From: Alphaproteobacteria bacterium
GTDB lineage: Bacteria > Pseudomonadota > Alphaproteobacteria > UBA7887
NCBI GenBank assembly: GCA_965216755.1
Contig: CBDCGL010000011.1
Coordinates: 1,792,001 to 1,856,000 of the forward strand
DNA: 64,000 bases
Direction of reading: 5' to 3'
Both the position numbers and the translations under genes were made by a program. Below the pieces are notes generated by a model that was not told the origin of the DNA, ran no database searches, and saw nothing but the letters and a program-made list of their open reading frames with translations. Positions 18,952 through 28,956 of this stretch are shown here, in pieces (position 1 is the stretch's first letter; each line of letters opens with the position of its first letter).

Positions 18952-20775
18952 CTACTGGCAAGCCAGACACTCTTCATAACGTGCATCGTCGGCCGAATTT
19001 GGCATCGTTGCCGCCGCGGCTGCTGGCGCCATCGGCACATTGCTAATCGTGTCGGCCCGCTGGATCGACTTGGAACGACAGTAATAGAGGCTTTTCACGC
19101 CCTTGCGCCACGCCAACATATGGACTTGATGCAGATCCCGTTTGTGGATATCGGCGGGCAGAAACAGATTTATCGATTGTGATTGGCAGATATACGGCGT
19201 CCGATCAGCGGCAAGTTCAACCAGCCAACGCTGATCCAGCTCAAACGCGGTCTTGAACACCGCCTTATCGTGCGCGCCAAGAAAATCGAGGTGCTGTACC
19301 GAACCTTGCTGGGCGGTGATTGAAGACCAGACGTCGTCGGTATCACGACCGTGCTCGCGCAGCAAACGTGTCAAGTAGCAATTGCGCACGGTATATGAGC
19401 CGCTCAAAGTTTTGTGCGTATAACTGTTCGCCGCGACCGGTTCAATCCCCGGTGACGCGCCGCCACATATAATCGAGATGGAGGCTGTCGGCGCGATCGC
19501 GAGTTTGTTCGAAAAGCGCTCGGTGATCCCGTAGTCGGCCGCGTCCGGACATGGTCCCCGCTCCGCCGCCAACCGGTTCGACGCAGCATCGGCTTGGGCA
19601 CGGATTTTCTTGAAGATGTTGCGATTCCACACCTTGGCCATAACCGACTCGATCGGCACACCCTTGCTTTGCAAAAATGAGTGGAAACCCATGACGCCGA
19701 GGCCAATGCTGCGTTCGCGCATGGCGGCGTATCGCGCTCGGTCCATGCTGTCCGGCGCGCGGGCGATAAAGTCTTCCAACACATTGTCCAAAAAGCGCAG
19801 AACATCTTCGATGAAACGTGGGTGCTGTTGCCAAGCGTCAAATCTCTCCAAATTCAAGGATGACAAACAACATACCGCAGTCCGCTCTTGCCCAAAGCGG
19901 TCGCGCCCGGTCGGTAGCGTGATCTCGCTACACAGGTTTGACATCTTGACTGTCAAACCCGCCAGCTTGTGATGTTCCGGGGCTGCGCGATTCACGTGAT
20001 CGATGAAAAGAATGTAGGGCTCACCCGTTTCGATCCGCGCGGTCAGAATGCGAATCCAAAGCGCTCGTGCCGACACGCGACGGATGACGGCATTGTCTTT
20101 CGGGCTGACCAGTGCCCATTCGTCGTCGTCCTCAACCGCGCGCATGAAGGCGTCCGGGACGACGACAGCATTGTGCAGGTTCAATGCCTTGCGGTTCGGG
20201 TCGCCGCCGGTCGGGCGGCGCAGTTCAATAAACTCTTCGATCTCGGGATGGCTGACCGGCATGTAGACCGCCGCACTCCCACGCCGCAAAGATCCCTGGC
20301 TGATCGCGAGCGTCAGCGAGTCCATCACCCGGATAAACGGGATCACGCCCGAAGTCTTGCCGTTGCGCCCGACCCGCTCGCCAATCGAGCGCAAATTGCC
20401 CCAATAGCTGCCGATGCCACCGCCGCGCGCTGCCAGCCAAACATTCTCGTTCCATAGCCCGACAATGCCATCGAGACTGTCGCCAGCCTCATTCAAGAAA
20501 CACGAAATTGGCAAGCCACGATCCGTACCGCCATTGCTCAAAATGGGTGTCGAGGGCATAAACCAATGGCGACTTATGTAGTCATACAATCGCTGTGCAT
20601 GTTGGCTGTCATCGGCGAAGTGGCTGGCGACGCGCCCAAACAAATCCTGATAGGATTCGCCCGGCATCAGATAGCGGTCCGCAAGCACCGCCTTGCCAAA
20701 ATCTGTCAAAACTGCGTCGCGTGACTCGTCCGTTTCGACGCGCCCGCCACGCTCCAGCTGCACAACGTTGAGCAT
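18952..20775 (-). CDS. nrdA: Class Ia ribonucleotide reductase alpha subunit (compact, no ATP cone)
   Basis: STPILSN, ISCFL, SNLCSEI, AIAPTAS, KSLYY, C-terminal CLACQ; start ATG 20775 (607 aa). Confidence 0.96.
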   Translation of the reverse strand: MLNVVQLERGGRVETDESRDAVLTDFGKAVLADRYLMPGESYQDLFGRVASHFADDSQHAQRLYDYISRHWFMPSTPILSNGGTDRGLPISCFLNEAGDSLDGIVGLWNENVWLAARGGGIGSYWGNLRSIGERVGRNGKTSGVIPFIRVMDSLTLAISQGSLRRGSAAVYMPVSHPEIEEFIELRRPTGGDPNRKALNLHNAVVVPDAFMRAVEDDDEWALVSPKDNAVIRRVSARALWIRILTARIETGEPYILFIDHVNRAAPEHHKLAGLTVKMSNLCSEITLPTGRDRFGQERTAVCCLSSLNLERFDAWQQHPRFIEDVLRFLDNVLEDFIARAPDSMDRARYAAMRERSIGLGVMGFHSFLQSKGVPIESVMAKVWNRNIFKKIRAQADAASNRLAAERGPCPDAADYGITERFSNKLAIAPTASISIICGGASPGIEPVAANSYTHKTLSGSYTVRNCYLTRLLREHGRDTDDVWSSITAQQGSVQHLDFLGAHDKAVFKTAFELDQRWLVELAADRTPYICQSQSINLFLPADIHKRDLHQVHMLAWRKGVKSLYYCRSKSIQRADTISNVPMAPAAAAATMPNSADDARYEECLACQ

Positions 20776-20804
20776 CCGACCCCCGTACTTCCCCTGGCCC
20801 GGCC

Positions 20805-20838
20805 TTATCCACAGCTGTGGATAAAACTTTGTGGATAA
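20805..20838. promoter_or_regulatory. Three perfect DnaA boxes upstream of nrdA
   Basis: TTATCCACA (20805-13), TGTGGATAA (20816-24), TGTGGATAA (20830-38). Confidence 0.88.
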
Positions 20839-20887
20839 AGTCAATATCTAGTAGAGAGCGCCCACACCCGCCCACGAGATCTTGACC
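20839..20887. promoter_or_regulatory. Tandem NrdR boxes (putative)
   Basis: AGTCAATATCTAGTAG (20839-54) and CCACGAGATCTTGACC (20872-87) resemble acaCwAtATaTwGtgt, 33 bp apart, upstream of nrdA. Confidence 0.6.
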
Positions 20888-21008
20888 GGCTGCGCAAACT
20901 AAGGGGCTGGGGGCGGCGTCGCAACACGAAAATAGCGTTGCCAAAAAAATGCCGGTGAGCGGGCCATTTCCGCCACAAGACGCGCATCGAAAGCGGACTG
21001 ACCAACCG

Positions 21009-21755
21009 CTAGGGGGTGGATAGGAGCGCGTCTTGCATCAAGCCAACCGCGGCCGCGCGCAGGCTTTGGGGGTAATTGCGCGAGAACGCTTCCAACGCTG
21101 TTTCAGCACGCAAGAGATAACGGCCGGCGTCAACATCATCGGGCGCATCGCGCGCGGCTTCAAAGGCGGTCGCGGCCGCGATAAACGCGATTTCTTCGCG
21201 GCGCGCATCATCGCCATAGTTTGGGAAACGCGCCGAAAACGCGGCCACCGAATCTGCGCGCGCCACGCGCAGATTCCAATTAGACCGACCGGCATCTGCG
21301 GCGATCGGCCGATCATAGAACCACGTTGTGATCAGGTTGTAGTGAATATCGGCGGCATGGTCCCCATCCGGCCGTAGAGCAAGATAGGTTTCGAAGGGCG
21401 TCGGGTCGACCTGGTAACGTTGGGTCGATGGCGACATTTCCAGAGTGACGCCGTGGGTCTGGATGTCCGCGAGCAAAAGCTCCGCAATAACGCTGTGGCT
21501 ACCGGCGTGCGCCAACCAGTCATCGCTCAGCAAGACCGCGACTTCGTCCAGCAACAGGCCAAGGCGATAGGCGGCGTCCGCGCGCTGGGCTGTGTCTCCA
21601 GGACCATCCATCGATCGCTGAAGCGCCGCCACGCTAGTTCCAAAGCTCGCGGCTTGATCGGCGGTGATCGTGTCGTGCGCCCGGCACGGCGCAATCGTCG
21701 CGCAGAGCAAGCTGATGGCGACAACCCAATGGGCGCCGATGTCAGTGCAACGCAC
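21009..21755 (-). CDS. Hypothetical exported helical (TPR-like) protein
   Basis: Signal-like VVAISLLCATIAPCRA/HD; TPR-like segments (ADAAYRLG, FSRNYPQS); GTG start inferred. Confidence 0.6.
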   Translation of the reverse strand: MRCTDIGAHWVVAISLLCATIAPCRAHDTITADQAASFGTSVAALQRSMDGPGDTAQRADAAYRLGLLLDEVAVLLSDDWLAHAGSHSVIAELLLADIQTHGVTLEMSPSTQRYQVDPTPFETYLALRPDGDHAADIHYNLITTWFYDRPIAADAGRSNWNLRVARADSVAAFSARFPNYGDDARREEIAFIAAATAFEAARDAPDDVDAGRYLLRAETALEAFSRNYPQSLRAAAVGLMQDALLSTP

Positions 21756-21765
21756 CGTGAAAATG

Positions 21766-22338
21766 CTAACCGTCGACCGCCGGATCCGGCGGCGGCAAGC
21801 CTTGCCAATACGCCGCCGCTCCGGCATGAATGTCCAACGCGACGCCAGCCGGGTCGGCGGGCTGACGCGCTTCCGCCAACCGGGCACGATGGCCGTCAAG
21901 AGTCTCGACGACCGTGTAGGCGTGGATGGGGCGGAAGGCCTCATGGCACACCAGGTGGTGGTGACCCAGCGCGAACAGTAAGGAAATCGGCACGGACGGA
22001 AGACTTTGATCGGTCTTGCCACCCGCCAGCAACCGCGCCGCGTCGGCCGTCGACACCACCGCGAGTTCGATTTGCCGGGTCGACAGCAGGCTCGCCGCGC
22101 GTGACAAGTCCGGTGCCAGCGCGACACGCGCGCGGCTTTCCGGCAACGCGATCGCCAGCAGATTGGCGACCTTTTTGCTCAAAGGGAAACTTGGCGCGTC
22201 CGTCTTGGTCGCCAAAATCATCAAGTGGGTTTGCCGGTAGACGACCCATTGCTTATACGGCGCGTGAGCCTGACACAACCATGCCGCCATGGCGGCGACG
22301 CCGCCCTGCAATATGCGTCGCCGCGTGGCCGTTTGCAT
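21766..22338 (-). CDS. Hypothetical exported protein with Tat-like signal, distantly TAXI/solute-binding-like
   Basis: MQTATRRRILQGG twin-Arg-like signal; mature N-terminus HAPYKQWVVYRQ; LLSTRQIELAV. Confidence 0.65.
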   Translation of the reverse strand: MQTATRRRILQGGVAAMAAWLCQAHAPYKQWVVYRQTHLMILATKTDAPSFPLSKKVANLLAIALPESRARVALAPDLSRAASLLSTRQIELAVVSTADAARLLAGGKTDQSLPSVPISLLFALGHHHLVCHEAFRPIHAYTVVETLDGHRARLAEARQPADPAGVALDIHAGAAAYWQGLPPPDPAVDG

Positions 22339-22363
22339 CACGCTCTTGCCGTTCTTGCCGCCG

Positions 22364-23626
22364 CTATTCGTCAAAGATGTCCAAAGACAGAACAGCCGAT
22401 ACGGCGTAATTGGGCACATCGACCACTTGGCCGACGCGCAGATCGGCAGCAACGCTGGTCAATATGTAGGCCTGCTCGCGCGTCAGACCATGTTCGCGCA
22501 CCATATAGTCGATCAAGTCGATGAGTGCCGCGCGCGCAGCGACTGTCAGATCCTCGGACAGGTTTTCCAGCGGCGCCAAGTCCGCCGAATCCAGATAGGC
22601 CGAATAAGGCGGTACAAAGCCGGCCTCTTTGAGCGGATAGCCGACCGTGGCGTAGAACGATGATGGTTCGATCGCCTTTAGCTGGGCACCGCCCTCAAAT
22701 TGCGGGCCTTTGATATACGCCGCCTGGCCTTTCCGCACCTCGGTCTGCAGTATCACCCGTGCGCCCATTTCGATCGCCGTGCCCGAAACCTCGCCATCGC
22801 CTTGGGCATAGTGAACGTCGCCCGCGAACAGTCCACAGCCGTCCACGAAACAAGGCAGCAGCAGCGTGGTGCCAACTTGCATCTGTTGCACATCCATGTT
22901 GCCACCATTTTCGCGCGGCGGAATGGTACGCAGGCATTTATCGGGATGGCTGCCTTCGGGGCCACAAACGGCGGCCGGCAGCGCGCCGGTCGCTTGCGGA
23001 TCCAACGCGATGCCGCCGGCTTCGGCCAGAGCCGTTTCGCGCGCAAGCCACGCATCCACTTCGGACTCGCCGGGCAATACCCCGACCGAGCCCATGAAAG
23101 CTTCGTAGGGGATCGCCACACCCGGAATTTGGTCCGAGCGAGCCTCCAGCCGGCTCAGCTTCCAATTGACGATGTGCGGGTCCGGATAGAGGTCACGCAG
23201 GAAACCAAACCCCGGCACAATCAACGTGTAACCATACTGATCCGGCTCGATGTCCACCAAGGTAACCGCCAACACATCCCCACGCTCGGCGCCGTTGATG
23301 TAAACCGGCCCCGTCATCGGATGGACCAAATTGAGGTCCACAGCAGCCAATTCCTCGGCGACTGAATTGAGCGTCAAATTGCTGTCGAGGGCATCACGCG
23401 TGCTCAGCACAATCATGTCACCCGGATCGGCGGTCGCCGCCGGCGGGATCGCCGGATGATAGCGATTGAAGCAAGCGGGATCGTCGGCGCAATGGTCGCC
23501 AGTACGTTCGACCACGACACGGGTTTGCCATGTCTCGTCACCGGTATCCGCCGCGGCCGGCAGGGCCATGGCCATCGCAAGCCCCATGCCCAGCAATGCG
23601 TGTCGCAAACTGATTGATCCGTTCAT
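22364..23626 (-). CDS. Acetamidase/formamidase (FmdA/AmdA) family protein with signal peptide
   Basis: HPMTGPVYINGAERGD, PRENGGNMD, GDVHYAQGDGEVSGTAIE, QVVDVPN; N-terminal LLGMGLAMAMALPAAA/D; GGAGG RBS. Confidence 0.9.
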   Translation of the reverse strand: MNGSISLRHALLGMGLAMAMALPAAADTGDETWQTRVVVERTGDHCADDPACFNRYHPAIPPAATADPGDMIVLSTRDALDSNLTLNSVAEELAAVDLNLVHPMTGPVYINGAERGDVLAVTLVDIEPDQYGYTLIVPGFGFLRDLYPDPHIVNWKLSRLEARSDQIPGVAIPYEAFMGSVGVLPGESEVDAWLARETALAEAGGIALDPQATGALPAAVCGPEGSHPDKCLRTIPPRENGGNMDVQQMQVGTTLLLPCFVDGCGLFAGDVHYAQGDGEVSGTAIEMGARVILQTEVRKGQAAYIKGPQFEGGAQLKAIEPSSFYATVGYPLKEAGFVPPYSAYLDSADLAPLENLSEDLTVAARAALIDLIDYMVREHGLTREQAYILTSVAADLRVGQVVDVPNYAVSAVLSLDIFDE

Positions 23627-23828
23627 TGAGTCCTCCCCACGCGCTCAACATGTCGACGCGCGAGCCGCCGGCAGCGTTCGGCCCCAGGGAACGTTCGCGG
23701 CAGCGGGCGTCATTCAGAATCTCATCCCAATGATAGGACGCCGATCGTAAAACACAATCCGAATTAGTCAGGTTCTGACGCAACGGTGAACGGCGGTCGC
23801 GTGAAGTTCACAACGCCGCGCCGTGGCT

Positions 23829-24980
23829 CTACACCGTGTTGGCGCCGCCCAGGATGACCGTCGCCTGGCTGGACAAGACGCCGCCATTGCCGTGACACAG
23901 GGCGATATCGACATCGGGGATCTGTCGTTCAGCGGCTTCGCCGCGCACCTGGCGGACACCTTCGATGACCGGGAATATCCCGTACATGCCCGGATGACAG
24001 CACGACAAACCGCCGCCACTGGTATTGACCGGCAACGATCCGCCCGGCGCAATACGGCCGCCGGAGACGAACGCCCCGCCCTCGCCCTTGCTGCAAAAGC
24101 CCAGGTCCTCAAGGAACAAGATCGTGTTGATTGTAAACGCGTCGTAGAGCTGCAGCACATCCACATCGTCAGGTGCGCAGCCCGCCATGGCATAGGCACG
24201 CGTGCCCGACTCGGTCGCGGCCGTCACCGTCAAATCGGGCATGTTGCTGATATAGCGATGCCAATGCGCGGTGGCCTGACCCAACACATAGACCGGGGGC
24301 TTCTTCAAGTCGCGTGCACGGTCGGCGCGGGTCATGACCAGAGCACCGCCACCGTCGGTCACCAGGCAGCAGTCCCGCAAGGACAAGGGATCGCAAATCA
24401 TGCGCGCGTTCAATACGTCGTCGATCGACAGGGGATCGCGCATAAAAGCTTCCGGATTCATTCCCGCCCACCCGCGCGCCGCCACCGCCACTTCGGCCAA
24501 TTGGGCGCGCGTCGTCCCGTATTCAAACATATGACGCGACGCCGCCAGCGCATAAGACGTGATGGGATTGCGCGGCTCATACGGCCCTTCATAGAGATCC
24601 GGCAGTGAGTTCGACACCAAGCGACCGGCCGCAGTGCGCTGGTTGCTGCCATAACAGATGAGCGCGACGTCGCACAGACCGGCTGACAACGAAAGCATTG
24701 CCGGCAGAATGTGGGCGACGAACGACGCACCCCCGATCATGTTCGACTCGGAGACTCTGGGCTTGATCCCCAAGTATTCGGCCGTGGTGAGCGTCGCCAT
24801 GTTGTAGAGCGGCGACGCGGTGAACAGGCCGTCGACGTCGGCGAAGCTCAGGCCACAGTCGTCAAGGGCCGTCCGCGCCGCTTCGGTAAGGATTTCCAAC
24901 GGCGACTGCCCCGGCGCCTCGCCGAGCCCCGCGACACCGGCACCAACAATCGCCGTCGCGCCACGCAAGGCATCAACCAT
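23829..24980 (-). CDS. Thiolase-superfamily (SCP2/Ltp2-like) protein
   Basis: DCCLVTDGG, LYDAFT, NTSGGGLS, HPGMYG, HGNGG; ATG 24980 overlaps the DUF35 gene. Confidence 0.9.
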   Translation of the reverse strand: MVDALRGATAIVGAGVAGLGEAPGQSPLEILTEAARTALDDCGLSFADVDGLFTASPLYNMATLTTAEYLGIKPRVSESNMIGGASFVAHILPAMLSLSAGLCDVALICYGSNQRTAAGRLVSNSLPDLYEGPYEPRNPITSYALAASRHMFEYGTTRAQLAEVAVAARGWAGMNPEAFMRDPLSIDDVLNARMICDPLSLRDCCLVTDGGGALVMTRADRARDLKKPPVYVLGQATAHWHRYISNMPDLTVTAATESGTRAYAMAGCAPDDVDVLQLYDAFTINTILFLEDLGFCSKGEGGAFVSGGRIAPGGSLPVNTSGGGLSCCHPGMYGIFPVIEGVRQVRGEAAERQIPDVDIALCHGNGGVLSSQATVILGGANTV

Positions 24981-25371
24981 TGCCTTGCCCTCCCTCGGAA
25001 GACATCGGGCGAAAGGTGAGGAACGGCCGGTCGTCCTTGCGCCCGATCTGCGCTTCAACCGCCAGCCCGATGGCCACGGCGTCCGGCGCCAAACCATCGA
25101 CGCGGCTCATCAGGCGTGGCCCTTCCTTGAGTTCGATCAGCGCAACGTTGTAAGAGCCACCTTTCTCGGGCCGCCTTCGGACCACGCTGGTGGCGTAGAC
25201 GACGCCCTCGCCGCTCGCGCGCACCCAGTCAGGATCGGATGCCTGGCAATGGGGACACAAGGCACGCGGATAAAAGATATGGCGTTGGCATGACCGGCAA
25301 TGCTGGATCATGAACACGCCGTCTTCCAGATACCGCCAATAGGCGGCGTCAGGACCTAAGTCTTCGGCCAC
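24973..25371 (-). CDS. DUF35 Zn-ribbon / OB-fold protein (thiolase partner)
   Basis: CRSC...YPRALCPHC, ASGEG, LKEGPRLMS. Confidence 0.92.
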   Translation of the reverse strand: MAEDLGPDAAYWRYLEDGVFMIQHCRSCQRHIFYPRALCPHCQASDPDWVRASGEGVVYATSVVRRRPEKGGSYNVALIELKEGPRLMSRVDGLAPDAVAIGLAVEAQIGRKDDRPFLTFRPMSSEGGQGNG

Positions 25372-25510
25372 GGTGATCGCTCTTTGATGTCTGTGAATCC
25401 ATTTGTGCGGACGAAGTGTAGCCCGGATCTCGCGCCATCACATCCGACGTCGGAACATAGGTGCAATGTGATCGTCGTATTCGATGCCAGCGGCCCGCCA
25501 TGCCCATTCC

Positions 25511-25535
25511 GTCACCGCCGGACTTGATCCGGCCA
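25511..25535. repeat. Degenerate alphaproteobacterial REP-like palindrome (left)
   Basis: GTCACCGCCGGACTTGATCCGGCCA; an inverted partner lies at 28957-28982. Confidence 0.5.
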
Positions 25536-25709
25536 CACGGAATATCCCGTTTTGCTGCGATCCTGGCGCCGGACACACCATTGTTCGCGTTTGTCGACCC
25601 ACAATCGACCGTTTGACCGGTACGCTTCGTTCCTATCGCTTGCAACCTATCCGATTGGGCTTATCCTAATGCCGCGATTGAGGGCATCTATCGAGAGTGA
25701 TCGTGGGCG

Positions 25710-28700
25710 ATGGTCGCTGACGAGGGCCAACGGAAGCTCGCGGCGATATTGGCCGCCGATGTCGCCGGATATTCGCGGCTGATGGCCGACGACGAGCGCG
25801 CCACCGTGCGTACCCTCACTGCCTATCGCACCCTGTTCAGCGAATATGTTGGGGGCCACCAAGGCCGCATCGTCGACACCGCCGGCGACAGCGTCTTGGC
25901 GACGTTCGACAGCATGGTCGAAGCGGTCGAGGCGGCCGTCGAAATCCAACGCGCGCTCGCGAACCGCAACCAAGATCTGCCCGGTCACCGCCGCATGCAT
26001 TTCCGCGTCGGCGTCAACCTCGGCGATATTATCGTGCGCGATGATGGCACGATCTATGGCGACGGGGTCAACGTCGCGGCACGGCTCGAAGGCCTCGCCG
26101 AACCCGGCGGCATCATGATTTCCGGTTCGGCCCACGAACAAATCGAAGGCAAGCTCGACGTGAGCCTGGCGGACGCCGGCACCCACGACGTCAAGAACAT
26201 CCCGCGCCTCGTCCGCGCCTATCGCGTTCACCTGACCGCCGACGAAGCCACCGACGCGCCCCGCCCAAAACTCCGCCGCCGCGCCGTGCCGTTGGGCGTC
26301 TCTGCATTGGTTGCGGCGATTATTGTCGCCAGTGCCGTTTGGTGGTTCGCCCTGCGCGACACAACACCACCCATGCTCACCGCCGACGGTATCCCGACCG
26401 ATGATCCGATCTTGGCGATGCCGACGGGGCCATCAATTGCAGTGCTACCGTTTAATAATATAAACGACGACACTGGTCACGAGTACTTTGCCGACGGGAT
26501 TACCGAAGACATCATCACGCGCCTCTCACATTTCCCTGACTACATGGTGATAGCGCGCAATACAACGTTTCAATACAAGGGCCGAGCAATTGACGTTGGC
26601 GAAGTGGCCCGCGAACTCAGTGTCGATTTTGTGCTTGAAGGCAGCGTTCGGCGCGACGAAACGCGCGTGCGGATCACTGCGCAACTGATCGATGGGAACG
26701 CGGGAAGCCATTTGTGGGCAAACAGCTTTGATGGCGACCTGACCGCCGGAGATATTTTCGATATTCAAGATGCGATAACCGAACAGGTCGTGACCACATT
26801 GGCGGATACCTACGGTGTTATCTCGCTGGCCGGCTATAAGCGATCGCTTGTCCGCGGCTCCGCGGACCTATCTGCCTATGAGTGTGTATTGGGCGCCCAC
26901 GGCTACTACGGTAGCAATACGACGCCAACCGAGCATGCACGTGTTCGCGATTGTCTGGAACGCGCGGTCGAGATTGCTCCGGATTATGCGGACGCTTGGG
27001 CATGGCTTGCAGCCATGTACCGTGATGAACACATGGTTGGCTTCAACGCAAAGCCCAACGCGCTTGTTCGGGCCGAAGATGCTGCGCGCAAGGCTGTCAA
27101 TTTGGATCCGCAGAACGTCGAAGGCAACCTGGTGCTCGCGCACGTGCGCTTTTTCAAGCACGACATCCCAGGATTTCTAGTCAGCGCACGTCGGACGGTT
27201 TCCATTAACCCAAATAGCGCTGACGCCTTGGCGTCTATGGGTATGGCAATGGGTTATGCAGGTTATTGGGAGGAAGGTCTGGCCTGGACGACAAAAGCGA
27301 TGAAGCTAAATCCCCGGTTTCCGCCGTGGTTTCAATGGGTGTTCTTTTATGACCGCTTTCGCAATGGAGAATACGAAGTGGCGGCAGAGCGGGCGGAACT
27401 AGGCGTCGTTCCCGGATTCTATTGGTCAAACCTCATGCAAGCGGCCGCATATGGGAAACTAGGGCGTTTGGCAAGAGGCAGATCAGCAGTGATGGCACTC
27501 ACCGAGCTCTATCCTGGTTACGATCTCGAAATGGCGGAGGAGTTGCATCGGACCTGGAACTTTGATGATGCATTGATAGCTGACATACTCGATGGACTGC
27601 GCAAGGCGGGCTTGCCTGAACCCTCTTTTGCACCTTCTCGTCCGGTCATTGCCGTGCTACCGTTTGACAATCTCAGTGGTGATCCGGAGCAAGACTATTT
27701 CTCGGATGGCATCACCGAAGACATCATCACGCGCTTGGCGCAGGTCCAGGATATCCTCGTACTCGGGCGCAACACGTCTTTTCAGTTCAAGGGCGAGGCC
27801 ATTGACATCGAAACTGTCGCCCAGAAACTCGGCGCCGACTATGTGGTCGAAGGCAGCATCCGCCGTGGCGGCAACACCGTGCGCGTCACCGCCCAGCTGC
27901 TGAACGGCGATGACGGCACGCACCTGTGGGTCGAAACCTATGACCGCGCACTCGATCCCGCCAATCTATTTGCCATTCAAGATGAGATCACAGCCGCGGT
28001 GGCAAGCCGCATTGGAGACCCCAGTGGCGCCATAAACCGTGCCGAGTTCCAACGTTCGGTCAAGCGTGCGCCAAGTCAATTGGCATCTTACGATTGTGTG
28101 CTGAGGTATTTTGAGTACCTTCGGGTTACCAGCGAACTAACATTTCGTACAGCGCTCGATTGCCTGGAATCCACTGTCGCGGCCGATACGAACTTCGCTG
28201 ACGCGTTGACATTCCTTGGTGACCTCTATGTCGATGATGTCGCAATGGAGTTTGGCCTTTCGCCGCATGCGACCCTTCGGTCGGGCCTCAATCTGATTCA
28301 GCAAGGCGTCGCCGCAGATCCGAAGAATGGCGTGGCGCGAGTCCGATTGGCCCGCGCGCTTCTACTTAATGATCAGCCCGAACGTGCTATTCGTGAAGCC
28401 GAACAAGCGTTGCAATTGGCACCCAACAACACCGACGTCCTCGGCACAGCCAGTGTCGTATTCACGAACTCGGGGCAATACGATCGCGCCAGAGAAACCA
28501 TGGAGAAAGTCGCGGTTTTGAATCCAAACTATTCGGCATGGATGAATTGGGAACCGGCAAAAGGTCATCTGGCCCGCGGCAACTATGCCGAAGCCATTCG
28601 GTCAATCGAGAAAACCGAGATGCTTTGGTGGTCCCGAACAAAAATCTTCATGGCCGCGGCCTTATGCGCAAATGGCGATACGGAACAGGGTCGGCAAATG

Positions 28701-28880
28701 CTCGACAAAGCATTGGAAGAAGAACCAAATCTTGCCGAAGTCCATTGGCAAAAAATGTATTTCTGGCACAAGGGGCGGGCGACCAGGCCACTCCTTGACG
28801 CAGTTGCCAAGGGCCTTGAAGCCTGCGGTTGGAATGTGCCGCCCGACCCGGGCCCCGAAGCCTTTGCGGTCGCGCAATAG
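25710..28880 (+). CDS. Class III adenylate/guanylate cyclase with TM helix and two tandem TolB-N-like + TPR modules
   Basis: AADVAGYS, AGDS, GDGVNVAARLE; one TM helix; IAVLPF..DGITEDIITRL occurs twice, each followed by TPRs. Confidence 0.92.
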   Translation: MVADEGQRKLAAILAADVAGYSRLMADDERATVRTLTAYRTLFSEYVGGHQGRIVDTAGDSVLATFDSMVEAVEAAVEIQRALANRNQDLPGHRRMHFRVGVNLGDIIVRDDGTIYGDGVNVAARLEGLAEPGGIMISGSAHEQIEGKLDVSLADAGTHDVKNIPRLVRAYRVHLTADEATDAPRPKLRRRAVPLGVSALVAAIIVASAVWWFALRDTTPPMLTADGIPTDDPILAMPTGPSIAVLPFNNINDDTGHEYFADGITEDIITRLSHFPDYMVIARNTTFQYKGRAIDVGEVARELSVDFVLEGSVRRDETRVRITAQLIDGNAGSHLWANSFDGDLTAGDIFDIQDAITEQVVTTLADTYGVISLAGYKRSLVRGSADLSAYECVLGAHGYYGSNTTPTEHARVRDCLERAVEIAPDYADAWAWLAAMYRDEHMVGFNAKPNALVRAEDAARKAVNLDPQNVEGNLVLAHVRFFKHDIPGFLVSARRTVSINPNSADALASMGMAMGYAGYWEEGLAWTTKAMKLNPRFPPWFQWVFFYDRFRNGEYEVAAERAELGVVPGFYWSNLMQAAAYGKLGRLARGRSAVMALTELYPGYDLEMAEELHRTWNFDDALIADILDGLRKAGLPEPSFAPSRPVIAVLPFDNLSGDPEQDYFSDGITEDIITRLAQVQDILVLGRNTSFQFKGEAIDIETVAQKLGADYVVEGSIRRGGNTVRVTAQLLNGDDGTHLWVETYDRALDPANLFAIQDEITAAVASRIGDPSGAINRAEFQRSVKRAPSQLASYDCVLRYFEYLRVTSELTFRTALDCLESTVAADTNFADALTFLGDLYVDDVAMEFGLSPHATLRSGLNLIQQGVAADPKNGVARVRLARALLLNDQPERAIREAEQALQLAPNNTDVLGTASVVFTNSGQYDRARETMEKVAVLNPNYSAWMNWEPAKGHLARGNYAEAIRSIEKTEMLWWSRTKIFMAAALCANGDTEQGRQMLDKALEEEPNLAEVHWQKMYFWHKGRATRPLLDAVAKGLEACGWNVPPDPGPEAFAVAQ

Positions 28881-28956
28881 CCAAGCACGTGCCGACGCGC
28901 CGTGCGTGGCGACCGTCGTCTGTGGCGGGTCACCGTCGCCTCATCCGTTTTGCTCA

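Noticed and set aside
20805-20838. Chromosomal origin (oriC), suggested by clustered DnaA boxes
   Set aside because: Only three boxes in a ~230-bp intergenic region directly upstream of nrdA, no extended AT-rich unwinding element and no origin-linked genes; a DnaA-regulated promoter explains it better
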